Positions 17,489-25,934 of a stretch of DNA of 63,696 bases are shown here, in pieces. This stretch comes from an uncultured archaeon (GTDB lineage: Archaea; Iainarchaeota; Iainarchaeia; Iainarchaeales; VGJJ01). The stretch is taken from NCBI GenBank assembly GCA_964524375.1, contig CAZGES010000001.1, forward strand, positions 1-63,696. Reading direction: 5' to 3'. Both the position numbers and the translations under genes were made by a program. Position 1 is the stretch's first letter, and every line of letters starts with the position of its first letter. Under the pieces are notes generated by a model. That model was not told the DNA's origin. It did not search any database and saw nothing but the letters and a program-made list of their open reading frames with translations.

Positions 17489-18210
17489 GCGTGCACGTCA
17501 TTCTCACCGGAGGCGGTTCCGGTTCGCGGATGAAAAACCCCGTGAATAAATCATTCATTTTGTTGAGCGGGAAGCCCATTATCGCGTATTCGATGCAGTT
17601 GTTTCAGCACCACCCGGAGACTTCAACGATAACCATTACGATGCATCCTGACTGGGTGGAGGAAACGACGCAGTGGATGAATCAGTTGGGAATAACCAAA
17701 GTCAAACAGATTGTTGAAGGAGGGAAAGAGCGGCAGGATTCGGTGCGCAATGGTTTGCGTGCAATTGCCTCGCTGAATCCGAAAGCGGATGATATTATTT
17801 TGGTGCACAACGCGGCAAACCCGCTTTTAACAAATGAAACCGTGTCCGAATGCATCCGCGCGGCGAAACAAAATCACGCGAGTGTGGCAGGATACCGCAT
17901 CAAGGATACGATTAAGCGCGTGAGTGATGATGGGAAAATTATTGAAACACTCTCACGCAGCGAATTGTGGGGAATGCAAACCCCGCAGTGTATTCAGCAC
18001 GAACTTTTTATCCGCGCGCATGTGAAAGCGGAGAAAGAAAACTTTTTGGGCACAGATGATGTGCAGCTCGTTGAACGCATGGGTGTGCGTGCGGTGGTGG
18101 TGGATTGCGGGTATGAAAATTTCAAAATAACGACGCCGGAAGACATTAATATGGCCGAGCGGATATTGGAAAAGCGGCGTGAATATGAAAAAAGCGGCGT
18201 GAGAGCATGA
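17485..18210 (+). CDS. ispD: 2-C-methyl-D-erythritol 4-phosphate cytidylyltransferase
   Basis: N-terminal VILTGGGSGSRM, VHNAANP, and TIKRV..ETLSRSELWGMQTPQ are typical of IspD. Confidence 0.85.
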   Translation: MSVHVILTGGGSGSRMKNPVNKSFILLSGKPIIAYSMQLFQHHPETSTITITMHPDWVEETTQWMNQLGITKVKQIVEGGKERQDSVRNGLRAIASLNPKADDIILVHNAANPLLTNETVSECIRAAKQNHASVAGYRIKDTIKRVSDDGKIIETLSRSELWGMQTPQCIQHELFIRAHVKAEKENFLGTDDVQLVERMGVRAVVVDCGYENFKITTPEDINMAERILEKRREYEKSGVRA

Positions 18211-18869
18211 TGCGAAAAAAATCCCCGCACGAAATGCAAATAGTTCACGAAAAAAGCGAATATATTGATTGGGTGAATTTGAAAACGGGAAAAGTATTAG
18301 GAAGAGTGACAAAAAAGTTTGCGCACGACCATGGATTGCCCCACCGCGCCGCGCACTTGTTTGTTTTTGATGCTAAAAATAATTTGGTTTTGCAAAAAAG
18401 AGGAAAGTGGATGGTGCTGCAGCCGGGGCGCTGGGACACGTCCGCAGGCGGACATGTGAGCGCGGGCGAATCTGTTGAGCGTGCGGCCGTGCGCGAGGCG
18501 TGGGAGGAGATTCACGCGCGGGGAATGGTTCACCGCTTGGGAAGCGTAACTATTCATGACGTGCGGAAAACGTATGATAATACGGAAGGGGTTACTTTCT
18601 TCTGGATGAAATCAACCACTCCCCTGCGCGCGCAAAAAAGCGAAGTGGAGAAGCTCATGCACATTCCCCTCGAAAAAGTGGATACGTTTTTGGAAAAAAA
18701 TGCGTGCACGCCGTGGATGAAAGCCGCGTGGAAAAAATATTCGCCCAAAATTTTGCGCGCCGGTGAGTTGATGGTAAAAAAAAGTGCGCGCGCTAAATCT
18801 GCGCGAGCGAAGCTCGTTCGTGCGAAACCTGTGCGGGCGAAACCTGCGCGTGTTAAACGGAGGAAATGA
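18207..18869 (+). CDS. Nudix-fold protein aligned to type-1 IPP isomerase but lacking its catalytic Cys, with a basic repeat tail
   Basis: LPHRAAHLFVF..LQKRG...PGRWDTSAGGHVSAGESVERAAVREAWEE aligns with E. coli Idi LHLAFSSWLF..TRRA..PGVWTNSVCGHPQLGES (recalled from memory). Gly replaces the catalytic Cys at nt 18447-18449. Confidence 0.65.
   Translation: MMRKKSPHEMQIVHEKSEYIDWVNLKTGKVLGRVTKKFAHDHGLPHRAAHLFVFDAKNNLVLQKRGKWMVLQPGRWDTSAGGHVSAGESVERAAVREAWEEIHARGMVHRLGSVTIHDVRKTYDNTEGVTFFWMKSTTPLRAQKSEVEKLMHIPLEKVDTFLEKNACTPWMKAAWKKYSPKILRAGELMVKKSARAKSARAKLVRAKPVRAKPARVKRRK
18780..18854 (+). repeat. five tandem 15-nt coding repeats (KSARA KSARA KLVRA KPVRA KPARV)
   Basis: Direct reading of 18780-18854. 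In frame at the C-terminus of the Nudix protein. Confidence 0.8.
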
Positions 18870-19363
18870 TGTTTCGAATTGGATTAGGCACGGACTCGCA
18901 CGCGTTTGAAAAAGTGGCGGCTGGGCGAAAAGTGGTGTTGGGAGGGGTTGTCATCCCTCATCCCGTTGGATTAGTAGGCGACAGCGACGCGGACGTGGTA
19001 TTGCATTCGTTGTTCAATGCTATGACTTCAGCGGCGGGAGATAGGGGGATCGGTTTCTATTTCAAGAAAGCAGACATGGAAAAAGGGTATGCGGACTCGG
19101 CAAATATGATTCAAAAGGGGTTGGAAATTATTTCTGACGCGGGATTTGAACTCGTGAATGTGAGTGTAGCGCTTGAATTGAAAGGGCCTAAAATCGAGCC
19201 GAATGTTCCTGCGATGAAAAAGCGAATGGCTGACATTTTGAACGTGGAGGAAAGTGCGATTGGAATCTCCGCCACGTCGGGGGATGGGATGTCCCCCTAC
19301 GCCAAAGGAGAAGGGATTTACTGCCAGACCATCGTTTTGCTGCAAAAAAGTGAATCCCTCTGA
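18866..19363 (+). CDS. ispF: 2-C-methyl-D-erythritol 2,4-cyclodiphosphate synthase
   Basis: RIGLGTDSHAF and GDSDADVVLHSL metal-binding motifs. Start overlaps the upstream stop (ATGA). Confidence 0.85.
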   Translation: MMFRIGLGTDSHAFEKVAAGRKVVLGGVVIPHPVGLVGDSDADVVLHSLFNAMTSAAGDRGIGFYFKKADMEKGYADSANMIQKGLEIISDAGFELVNVSVALELKGPKIEPNVPAMKKRMADILNVEESAIGISATSGDGMSPYAKGEGIYCQTIVLLQKSESL

Positions 19364-19446
19364 AGGAATGGGGCGGTTTACTCAGGGGAATGGAAGCCAG
19401 ACATACTTTTATACAAGAAAGGCATAAACATAACAAAAACGGGTGA

Positions 19447-19488
19447 ATTACGTCAATCCCCCTATTTTAGATTGACAACCAACGTAAT
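19447..19488. promoter_or_regulatory. inverted ATTACGT half-sites / two-segment stem-loop just upstream of the dxs TATA-like box
   Basis: ATTACGT-CAATC ... GATTG-(7 nt)-ACGTAAT, immediately followed by CTTTTTAAC (19490-19498), ~48 nt before the dxs ATG. Confidence 0.4.
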
Positions 19489-19542
19489 CTTTTTAACGGG
19501 CTGTTGGCATGATGTAGTCTCCTAGACGGGGGAATCCTAGCT

Positions 19543-21393
19543 ATGTACTCTGAAACAACCTCGAACACAAAAACAAATGGAAATGGTAAAATGGGCAAGC
19601 TTTCCTTGAAAGATATTAACTCCCCCGCGGACCTGAAACAGGTTCCCTTGGAGGAATTGCCTGCGATTGCGCAAGAGATTAGAGAACTCCTTATTTCTAC
19701 GTGCTCCGCGAACGGCGGACACATTGGCGCTAATTTAGGGGTCGTGGAACTCACGATGGCGCTGCATTACGTGTTTAACACGCCCAAAGACAAGGTTATT
19801 TTTGACATTTCTCACCAGTCCTACGTTCACAAAATTCTCACCGGACGACGCGAACAATTCCCTACGTTATGCAAATATCCGGGCGGACTCTCACGATTCA
19901 TTGTTCGCGGCGAAAGCGAATATGATTTGTTTTCATCCGGACACGCCTCTACTGGATTAAGCTCAGCCATGGGTGTGGCGGAAGCGGCCAAACAAAAGAA
20001 AGCCGACTACCAAACCGTTTGCTTGGTGGGAGACGGTGCGCTCACGGGCGGAATGGCCTACGAAGCGTTGAACAACATGGGATACAACCAAACGGACATT
20101 ACGATTGTGTTGAACGACAACAAGATGAGTATTTCAAATAATGTGGGAGCGATGTATGAGTATCTTCGAAGACTCTCGGATGTTTCCTCGGATGACCGCG
20201 GACGACGCGGAATTGGAACCATTTTTGAAAAACTCGGATTCAAGTATTACGGTCCCATTGATGGACACAATTTTGAAGAATTGACGCACCATTTGCAGGA
20301 AATGAAACACATCAAGGGACCGAAGATTTTGCACGTGCTCACCACCAAAGGAAGCGGTGTGGAATACATGCAGGATGACAAAACTACGTGGCACGAGCAC
20401 GCGGCGTTTGACATTCCTTCAGGAATTGCCAAAGCTAAATTGGACAAAACCAAGCCCGTGAATGCGAGCATTGAAAGCGTAGCCGTGTCTGCACTGATGA
20501 AGCTTGCGGAGAAAGATAAGAAAATTATTGGATTAACCGCTGCGATGGCCACCGGAACTGGAATGGTCAAGTTTGGCGAAAAATTTCCCGACCGATTCTA
20601 TGATGTGGGTATCGCGGAAGAACACGCTATTACTTTCTCCGGCGGACTTGCGGCAGAGGGAATGAAACCCTTCGCGTGTATTTACTCGCCGTTTTTGCAG
20701 CGCGCGTTTGACCAGATTTTCCACGACGTGGCCAGCATGAAATTACCTGTGCGAATGCTCTTGCCCAAAGCCTCCATTACCGGAGACGGTTGGACGCAGG
20801 GCGGAATTCTCGACATGAGTTATTTGCGCGTCATTCCGAATGTGGTGGTTGCCGCGCCGATGAATGAAAACGAATTATTTCACATGGTCAAAATGGCTGC
20901 GGACTATGACAAAGGACCCATTGCCGTTCGATTCCCCAAAGGAACGGGTTCGGGCATGACCATTGATTCGGAATTCAAAGACATCCCCATTGGAAAAGCA
21001 GAAGTCTTGAAAGACGGAAAAGACATTGCCATTTTCGCCATTGGGTGGATGGTCTCCGACGCGTTAAAAGTGGCCGCGGAATTAGAAAAGCAAGGAATCT
21101 CCGCAGCAGTCATCAACGCGCGCTTCGTCAAACCATTGGATGAAGAGACGTTGTTGAAGTACGCTCAACGCACGAATAAAATTATCACGATGGAAGAAAA
21201 CACGCTGATTGGCGGGTTTGGTTCAGCGGTGTTGGAATCGCTGGAACGACACGGTCAACGCAACGTGAACGTGCACCGCGTGGGTGCCGCGGACGGATAC
21301 ATCCCCTTCGACAAGCCGGAGAACATCAAAAAGTCCTTCGGAATGGCGGTGGATGACATCGTGAACGCGGCCAAGAAAATGGTCGGAAAATAA
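19543..21393 (+). CDS. dxs: 1-deoxy-D-xylulose-5-phosphate synthase
   Basis: GGHIGANLGVVELTMALHYVF, the TPP motif GDGALTGGMAYEALNN, and the full-length three-domain size (616 aa). Confidence 0.9.
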   Translation: MYSETTSNTKTNGNGKMGKLSLKDINSPADLKQVPLEELPAIAQEIRELLISTCSANGGHIGANLGVVELTMALHYVFNTPKDKVIFDISHQSYVHKILTGRREQFPTLCKYPGGLSRFIVRGESEYDLFSSGHASTGLSSAMGVAEAAKQKKADYQTVCLVGDGALTGGMAYEALNNMGYNQTDITIVLNDNKMSISNNVGAMYEYLRRLSDVSSDDRGRRGIGTIFEKLGFKYYGPIDGHNFEELTHHLQEMKHIKGPKILHVLTTKGSGVEYMQDDKTTWHEHAAFDIPSGIAKAKLDKTKPVNASIESVAVSALMKLAEKDKKIIGLTAAMATGTGMVKFGEKFPDRFYDVGIAEEHAITFSGGLAAEGMKPFACIYSPFLQRAFDQIFHDVASMKLPVRMLLPKASITGDGWTQGGILDMSYLRVIPNVVVAAPMNENELFHMVKMAADYDKGPIAVRFPKGTGSGMTIDSEFKDIPIGKAEVLKDGKDIAIFAIGWMVSDALKVAAELEKQGISAAVINARFVKPLDEETLLKYAQRTNKIITMEENTLIGGFGSAVLESLERHGQRNVNVHRVGAADGYIPFDKPENIKKSFGMAVDDIVNAAKKMVGK

Positions 21394-21402
21394 GGTTAGA
21401 GT

Positions 21403-21415
21403 ATTGACGTAAAAT
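21403..21415. promoter_or_regulatory. ATTGACGTAAAAT motif upstream of ispG
   Basis: Exact reverse complement of 15885-15897. Confidence 0.45.
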
Positions 21416-21420
21416 ACGCG

Positions 21421-21442
21421 AGGGAAAATGAAAATTTTCCCT
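21421..21442 (+). terminator. hairpin AGGGAAAAT-GAAA-ATTTTCCCT between dxs and ispG
   Basis: Perfect 9-bp stem 28 nt after the dxs stop. A role as terminator or attenuator is inferred only. Confidence 0.35.
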
Positions 21443-21492
21443 ATCCTTAAATTTCAGTCGGATGTAGAATGATTGTTGGAGAATGATAGTGC

Positions 21493-22761
21493 ATGCAAAA
21501 ACTTGAAACCCTCAATGGATTTGTGAAACGAAAAAGCGTTGAAGTTCGCGTGGGAAAAGTTGGCGTGGGGGGACACAACCCGGTGCGTGTTCAAAGCATG
21601 ACGAACACCGACACGGCGGACGTGAAGGGAACGGTTAAGCAAATCAAAGAACTCGCGGATGCGGGAAGTGAACTCGTACGATTCACGGTGGAGAAAGACG
21701 CCATGGCCGATGCGGTGCCGGCGATTCGAAAACAATTGCATGATGAGGGGTATGAAGACACGGCGTTGATTGGAGACTTTCACTATAACGGGCATTTGCT
21801 TTTGACGAAGTATCCTAAACTTGCGGAATCATTGGACAAATATCGCATCAACCCCGGAAATGTGGGCTTTGGAGAAAAACACGATGCTAATTTTGATTTG
21901 TTTGTAAAAACGGCTGTGGATTATGGCAAGCCCGTGCGTATTGGTGTGAACGGGGGAAGTCTCGACCAGCAGTTGCTCAAAAAACTCATTGATGATGATA
22001 ACAAGCTCCCCGCGAATGAACAGCTTGGCGCGAATCAAATCTTTTTAGAAGCGATGATTCAATCCGCTGTTTTGTCCACGCAGCGCGCGCTGGATTTAGG
22101 CATGCGAAAAGACCAAATTATTGTTTCCACTAAAATGAGCGGCGTGCAGGAAATGGTGTACTGTTATTCGAAGCTCGCGAAATTAATGGATCAACCCCTG
22201 CATTTGGGGTTAACTGAAGCGGGAATGGGGGATAAAGGAATTGTCGCCTCCACCGCCGCATTATCATTGCTTTTGAATCAAGGAATTGGCGACACGATTC
22301 GCGTGAGTTTGACACCGGAGCCCGGTTCATCGCGTACGCGTGAAGTGTATTTGTGCCAGCAGATTTTACAAAGCTTGGGACACCGATTCTTCTTGCCGCA
22401 AGTTACCGCGTGCCCGGGCTGCGGACGCACGACGAGTGACACATTCCAGCATTTGGCGAAGGAAGTGACGGAATATCTTGCTAAACAAATGCCCGTGTGG
22501 AAAAGTGAAGGGTATGCGGGTGTGGAGAACATGCACGTTGCGGTCATGGGATGCATTGTCAACGGTCCCGGCGAAGCGAAGGGTGCGAACATTGGCATCT
22601 CCCTTCCGGGAAGCGGAGAGAATCCCGCGGCGCCCGTGTTTGAGGATGGAAAGCTCGTGAAAACACTGCAAGGGCCCACGATGCGGGATGATTTTAAGAA
22701 AATGGTCCAAGCGTACGTGGAAAAGAAATACGGTAAAAAAGCCGTGCACGCTGTAGCGTAG
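21493..22761 (+). CDS. ispG: 4-hydroxy-3-methylbut-2-en-1-yl diphosphate synthase
   Basis: [28 protein letters not shown] and GCIVNGPGE cluster motifs. Confidence 0.9.
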   Translation: MQKLETLNGFVKRKSVEVRVGKVGVGGHNPVRVQSMTNTDTADVKGTVKQIKELADAGSELVRFTVEKDAMADAVPAIRKQLHDEGYEDTALIGDFHYNGHLLLTKYPKLAESLDKYRINPGNVGFGEKHDANFDLFVKTAVDYGKPVRIGVNGGSLDQQLLKKLIDDDNKLPANEQLGANQIFLEAMIQSAVLSTQRALDLGMRKDQIIVSTKMSGVQEMVYCYSKLAKLMDQPLHLGLTEAGMGDKGIVASTAALSLLLNQGIGDTIRVSLTPEPGSSRTREVYLCQQILQSLGHRFFLPQVTACPGCGRTTSDTFQHLAKEVTEYLAKQMPVWKSEGYAGVENMHVAVMGCIVNGPGEAKGANIGISLPGSGENPAAPVFEDGKLVKTLQGPTMRDDFKKMVQAYVEKKYGKKAVHAVA

Positions 22762-22762
22762 T

Positions 22763-23146
22763 ATGCCCCCCTCCCGTGAATGGACGATTACTCCCGCGCT
22801 CGTACGGAATATCTGCGCCGCAGCACGCTCCACGTATCCGGATGAGTTTATTTCCATGCTCGGCGTCGCGGAAAAGGGTTCGCGCACCCTCTCCGAACTC
22901 GTCGTTGTGCCCTCAGAGTTTGGACGCACCCATTCTTCTGTGAGAGTGGACTTGATCCCATTCGACCCGCTGATTGTGGGGAGCATTCACTCCCACCCCG
23001 ACGAGGGGGCGATTCCTTCCTCTGCGGACCGGAATTTCTTCTCGCGCATGGGTAGCATTCACATTATCGCGGGGTACCCGTATTCGTTTAACACGATGCG
23101 CGCGTATTCCTCGAGTGGAAAACGAGTTCCTCTAAATCTGGCGTGA
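22763..23146 (+). CDS. stand-alone JAMM/MPN+ metalloprotease-domain protein
   Basis: Canonical JAMM motif HSHPDEGAIPSSAD (H-x-H-x7-S-x2-D). The ATG is 1 nt after the ispG stop. Confidence 0.75.
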   Translation: MPPSREWTITPALVRNICAAARSTYPDEFISMLGVAEKGSRTLSELVVVPSEFGRTHSSVRVDLIPFDPLIVGSIHSHPDEGAIPSSADRNFFSRMGSIHIIAGYPYSFNTMRAYSSSGKRVPLNLA

Positions 23147-23184
23147 TTGTGCAGTATTAATAACCCGCGCCGCGTGATGCGTGC

Positions 23185-23631
23185 ATGGCGACAACTTCCC
23201 CCGTCAAACGCACGCGCCGATTTTCAGGCACACGTATGCTTCGCCCTCATGTGGAGGAGCTTAATCATCTTTCCCGCGCGCACGCGGCGGTGTCGCTTTC
23301 TCTCATCGCGCGAAAACTAGATGCGTATGATCGGGCGCGGGAAATCGTAAAAGAATATTCGGCCAAACGAACACCCTCGTTGACGAAAAAACAACTTAAT
23401 CATGAGATTGTAAAGACGATGGACAACCTATTGAGCGTGGAAACGCGTCCCCTCATGGTGCGGGATGCTCAATTGTTGGAGCAGAAAACCGACGCCGCCG
23501 CGAGGCTGAAAAAGGCCCAGAAATTCAAAAATTCGGTGAGAGGAAAAGTATTGCGATTGTCCGATAAAGAAGTGTTGAAACGCGTGGCCGCGCTGAAAAT
23601 GAGGCGGCTTAAAAAGCGATTTTCAAAATAG
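23185..23631 (+). CDS. basic coiled-coil hypothetical protein (148 aa)
   Basis: Intact ORF with K/R-rich N- and C-termini. No family recognised. Confidence 0.45.
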   Translation: MATTSPVKRTRRFSGTRMLRPHVEELNHLSRAHAAVSLSLIARKLDAYDRAREIVKEYSAKRTPSLTKKQLNHEIVKTMDNLLSVETRPLMVRDAQLLEQKTDAAARLKKAQKFKNSVRGKVLRLSDKEVLKRVAALKMRRLKKRFSK

Positions 23632-23696
23632 TTTTTTTCACGGCGCTCCACTCTCTCCCTGCGTATTCTTTTGAGCGTGTAAAAGGATAATGGTGC

Positions 23697-24104
23697 ATGG
23701 TTCTCCGACTCTCAACGCGCACGCCGGTAGAGTATGAATCGCACCTCACGCGGTTCATTCAAAATACTCTGGCGTGCGGGGGTGAGCAAGAGCCTATTTT
23801 GTTTATTGATTGCCAATCCACCCAAACAAAATATCTTTTTTCGCGGCCCGAATTGAAACCGGTATTAACTGCCATGAGCGCGCGGCGCGTTGAAAGCATG
23901 GAGGAGTTTTTATCCTTGCTTCGTTCGGTGGATTTTCGCACGAACGTTCAACGCGCGCGATTTGTGGTCGTGTCTCCATTCTACCATTTGCTCGGTGAAA
24001 CATCCGCGTGGAAGCAGAAAAAATTCTTGTTGAAAGCCGAGGATGCGTTTGAAAAACTGGAAGAAAAATTTCCCGTTCACGTGATTGTGGCGGAGGAGGG
24101 GTGA
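23697..24104 (+). CDS. hypothetical protein (135 aa)
   Basis: Intact ORF. Alternating beta/alpha pattern (ILFIDC.., RFVVVSPFYHLL) vaguely RecA/KaiC-like but without a Walker A motif. Confidence 0.4.
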   Translation: MVLRLSTRTPVEYESHLTRFIQNTLACGGEQEPILFIDCQSTQTKYLFSRPELKPVLTAMSARRVESMEEFLSLLRSVDFRTNVQRARFVVVSPFYHLLGETSAWKQKKFLLKAEDAFEKLEEKFPVHVIVAEEG

Positions 24105-24308
24105 AAATGCAATCAAAAAAAGGATTGGGTTTTCAAAGTATAATAGGGGGGAAACCAGGGACCTGCAACGAGTTGCAGTATGGCTCCCTCCCTAACTCCC
24201 AATACGTACTACGTGAAACGGGTTCCACCTATAAAAACATTCGGTTGGATGACCGATAGATACTGCGTGTAGGGGATAAAAAAAAATAAAAAAAAGAAAG
24301 AAGGCCTC

Positions 24309-24331
24309 TTGAGGGATTGCAAATCCCTCAA
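24309..24331 (-). terminator. pilin terminator hairpin TTGAGGGATT-TGC-AATCCCTCAA followed by GAGGCC and a T-rich run
   Basis: 10-bp stem 34 nt after the pilin stop. Minus strand continues CTTTCTTTTTTTTATTTTTTTTT. Confidence 0.55.
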
Positions 24332-24364
24332 AGTCCTTCCGCACCACCGGAGGTTACCGGTGAG

Positions 24365-24826
24365 CTACTGGCACTGTCCAACGACCGGCTGGATTCCATT
24401 GAATTTGAGTCCAGTCAAGTTGGCTGTGTTGTACGTGTATCCTAATGCTTTGCTGAATGTTTGTCCTGTGGCAACACCGCACACAATGGATGAATTTATC
24501 ACATTTGCAGTGGATCCTGCGCCGACGTTGACATCGGTGATGTCAATCGCAGAGCCGCCCCAATTAATGTCGGTTACTCGAATCGTTCCCGCGGTCAAGT
24601 TTTTGACAACGAGCGTTCCGGTAGAGGGTGTGACTTGCCATTCAATGACTGCAACAGGATTTGTTCCCGTCCAGTATGTTCGACTCGTGCTTTCGGAAAC
24701 TCCCGCACCTAATGAGGGGATTCCGCCCAACACGCCGACGACGACCAGCGCGATGACAATCACGATGGCTAAAATAATCAAATATTCCGTGGTCCCTTGA
24801 CCGCGATTTTTCTTCGTATGCATCAT
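24365..24826 (-). CDS. type IV pilin, Flp-like class III signal peptide (candidate major pilin)
   Basis: MMHTKKNRG|QGTTEYLIILAIVIVIALVVVGVL fits G/XXXXEY. Small (153 aa), Thr/Gly/Asn-rich, two Cys near the C-terminus. Own promoter, SD-like GGAGTGAGGAG and terminator. Confidence 0.8.
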   Translation of the reverse strand: MMHTKKNRGQGTTEYLIILAIVIVIALVVVGVLGGIPSLGAGVSESTSRTYWTGTNPVAVIEWQVTPSTGTLVVKNLTAGTIRVTDINWGGSAIDITDVNVGAGSTANVINSSIVCGVATGQTFSKALGYTYNTANLTGLKFNGIQPVVGQCQ

Positions 24827-24882
24827 ATTTTTCTCCTCACTCCCACGAAGGGGTTGTTAGATAGCAGAGCAAATGCTACGAT

Positions 24883-24901
24883 GAATATAAATCTACGTCA
24901 A
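24883..24901 (-). promoter_or_regulatory. pilin promoter: TTGACGTA motif abutting TATA box ATTTATATTC
   Basis: Minus strand reads TTGACGTAG-ATTTATATTC about 60 nt upstream of the pilin ATG. The motif overlaps the stop of the upstream platform gene. Confidence 0.5.
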
Positions 24902-25932
24902 CCCGTTGCGAGGAGACTGCCCAAAACTTGCCGGGCGAGACCAAATGCAATCATGGAAACTATAAACATAATCGGGGTGTAGCGCAATCCCAGAAACGGT
25001 TTCCCTTCCCCAATAACCCCCATGAAAATTCCCGCGAGGATAGCATTTCCTAAAAGCAAAATGTACGCGACGCTTTCCAAGAAAACAGGAGTAATGGAAA
25101 GTTTTCCCCCGAGGAAACCCACCGTGCTGGACGAAGAGCCGGCGGTGAGGAAAGAACTCTGACCCTGTATGCGTGTGATGAGGGTGACAAATTCCACCGA
25201 CACGGCCATGAGTAAGGGGGTGGCCACGACCATGACGAATGCGACAAAAATCACGTAGGTTTTCACACTGCTTTCTAATTCTTTTTTCAAATCTTGCGTG
25301 CGGCGCAAATCCGCGGAGGAGCTTTCCAAAATCTGCGCAATTCTTCCTCCGCTGCGAACCGCTTGCAAAAAGAAACGCACGGTTTCGCTTAAACTTTTTG
25401 ATTTAATTCGATTGGAAATGCCGCTCAGCACGTTTCCAAAGGATTCGGTTCCTAATGCACGCGTGGTTACGGCGCGAATTTCGTCTGAAAGCGCGCCAAA
25501 TTCCGGGCGCGTGGAACTTTTGAATGCGGAAAAACTAGTCATTCCCGCGCGGATGTTTCCCGCGACGAGAAGCAAAAAGTCCGGCAAAACTTCTTCCACT
25601 TTCTTGCGGCGGTTCTCGATGCGGTAATACAGGATGAGGACTTGGAGAATGAGGCCGGTGATGAACCCCACGCTTGTACCTAAAATTCCGGCTGTTTCGC
25701 GCGTGAAAGAAATTCCCGTGCCGAGGGGAGTTACCCACGCGTTGAGCGATTCGGACGTGAAATAAAAAAACACTGCCCCCGCAATTGCGGCGAGAATGGA
25801 AAGGATGAGTGTTTTGGAGAGCCATGTCGCTCCATCGTCTAATGAGCCGGATTCGCGCAAGTATGCGTTGGCATTCTCCCTCATCCGTACGGGGAGAGCG
25901 CGTGAGAGGCGATAGAAAAGGGGATTAGGCAT
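24898..25932 (-). CDS. type IV filament platform protein, TadC-like (single T2SSF-type domain)
   Basis: The track ORF 24898-26247 overlaps the upstream gene. The ATG at 25932 (MPNPLFYRL) is 2 nt after the upstream stop. Polytopic with a helical cytoplasmic domain (FGALSDEIRAVTTRALGTESFGNVLSGISNRIKS). Confidence 0.75.
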   Translation of the reverse strand: MPNPLFYRLSRALPVRMRENANAYLRESGSLDDGATWLSKTLILSILAAIAGAVFFYFTSESLNAWVTPLGTGISFTRETAGILGTSVGFITGLILQVLILYYRIENRRKKVEEVLPDFLLLVAGNIRAGMTSFSAFKSSTRPEFGALSDEIRAVTTRALGTESFGNVLSGISNRIKSKSLSETVRFFLQAVRSGGRIAQILESSSADLRRTQDLKKELESSVKTYVIFVAFVMVVATPLLMAVSVEFVTLITRIQGQSSFLTAGSSSSTVGFLGGKLSITPVFLESVAYILLLGNAILAGIFMGVIGEGKPFLGLRYTPIMFIVSMIAFGLARQVLGSLLATG

Positions 25933-25934
25933 AC

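Noticed and set aside
18780-18854. Tandem 15-nt repeats as a possible CRISPR array or satellite
   Set aside because: They have no spacers, are in frame, and encode KxxRA pentapeptides at a protein C-terminus.
19364-19542. TPP riboswitch upstream of dxs (a TPP-dependent enzyme)
   Set aside because: I could not find the conserved CUGAGA / ACCUGAUCUGGAUAAUGCCAGCG core. The region reads better as a palindromic operator plus a TATA box.
24105-24308. 200-nt ORF-free gap downstream of the pilin gene as an ncRNA locus
   Set aside because: Only a short hairpin (CTGCAAC/GTTGCAG) and the pilin terminator are evident, with no recognisable RNA family. The gap is left unassigned.
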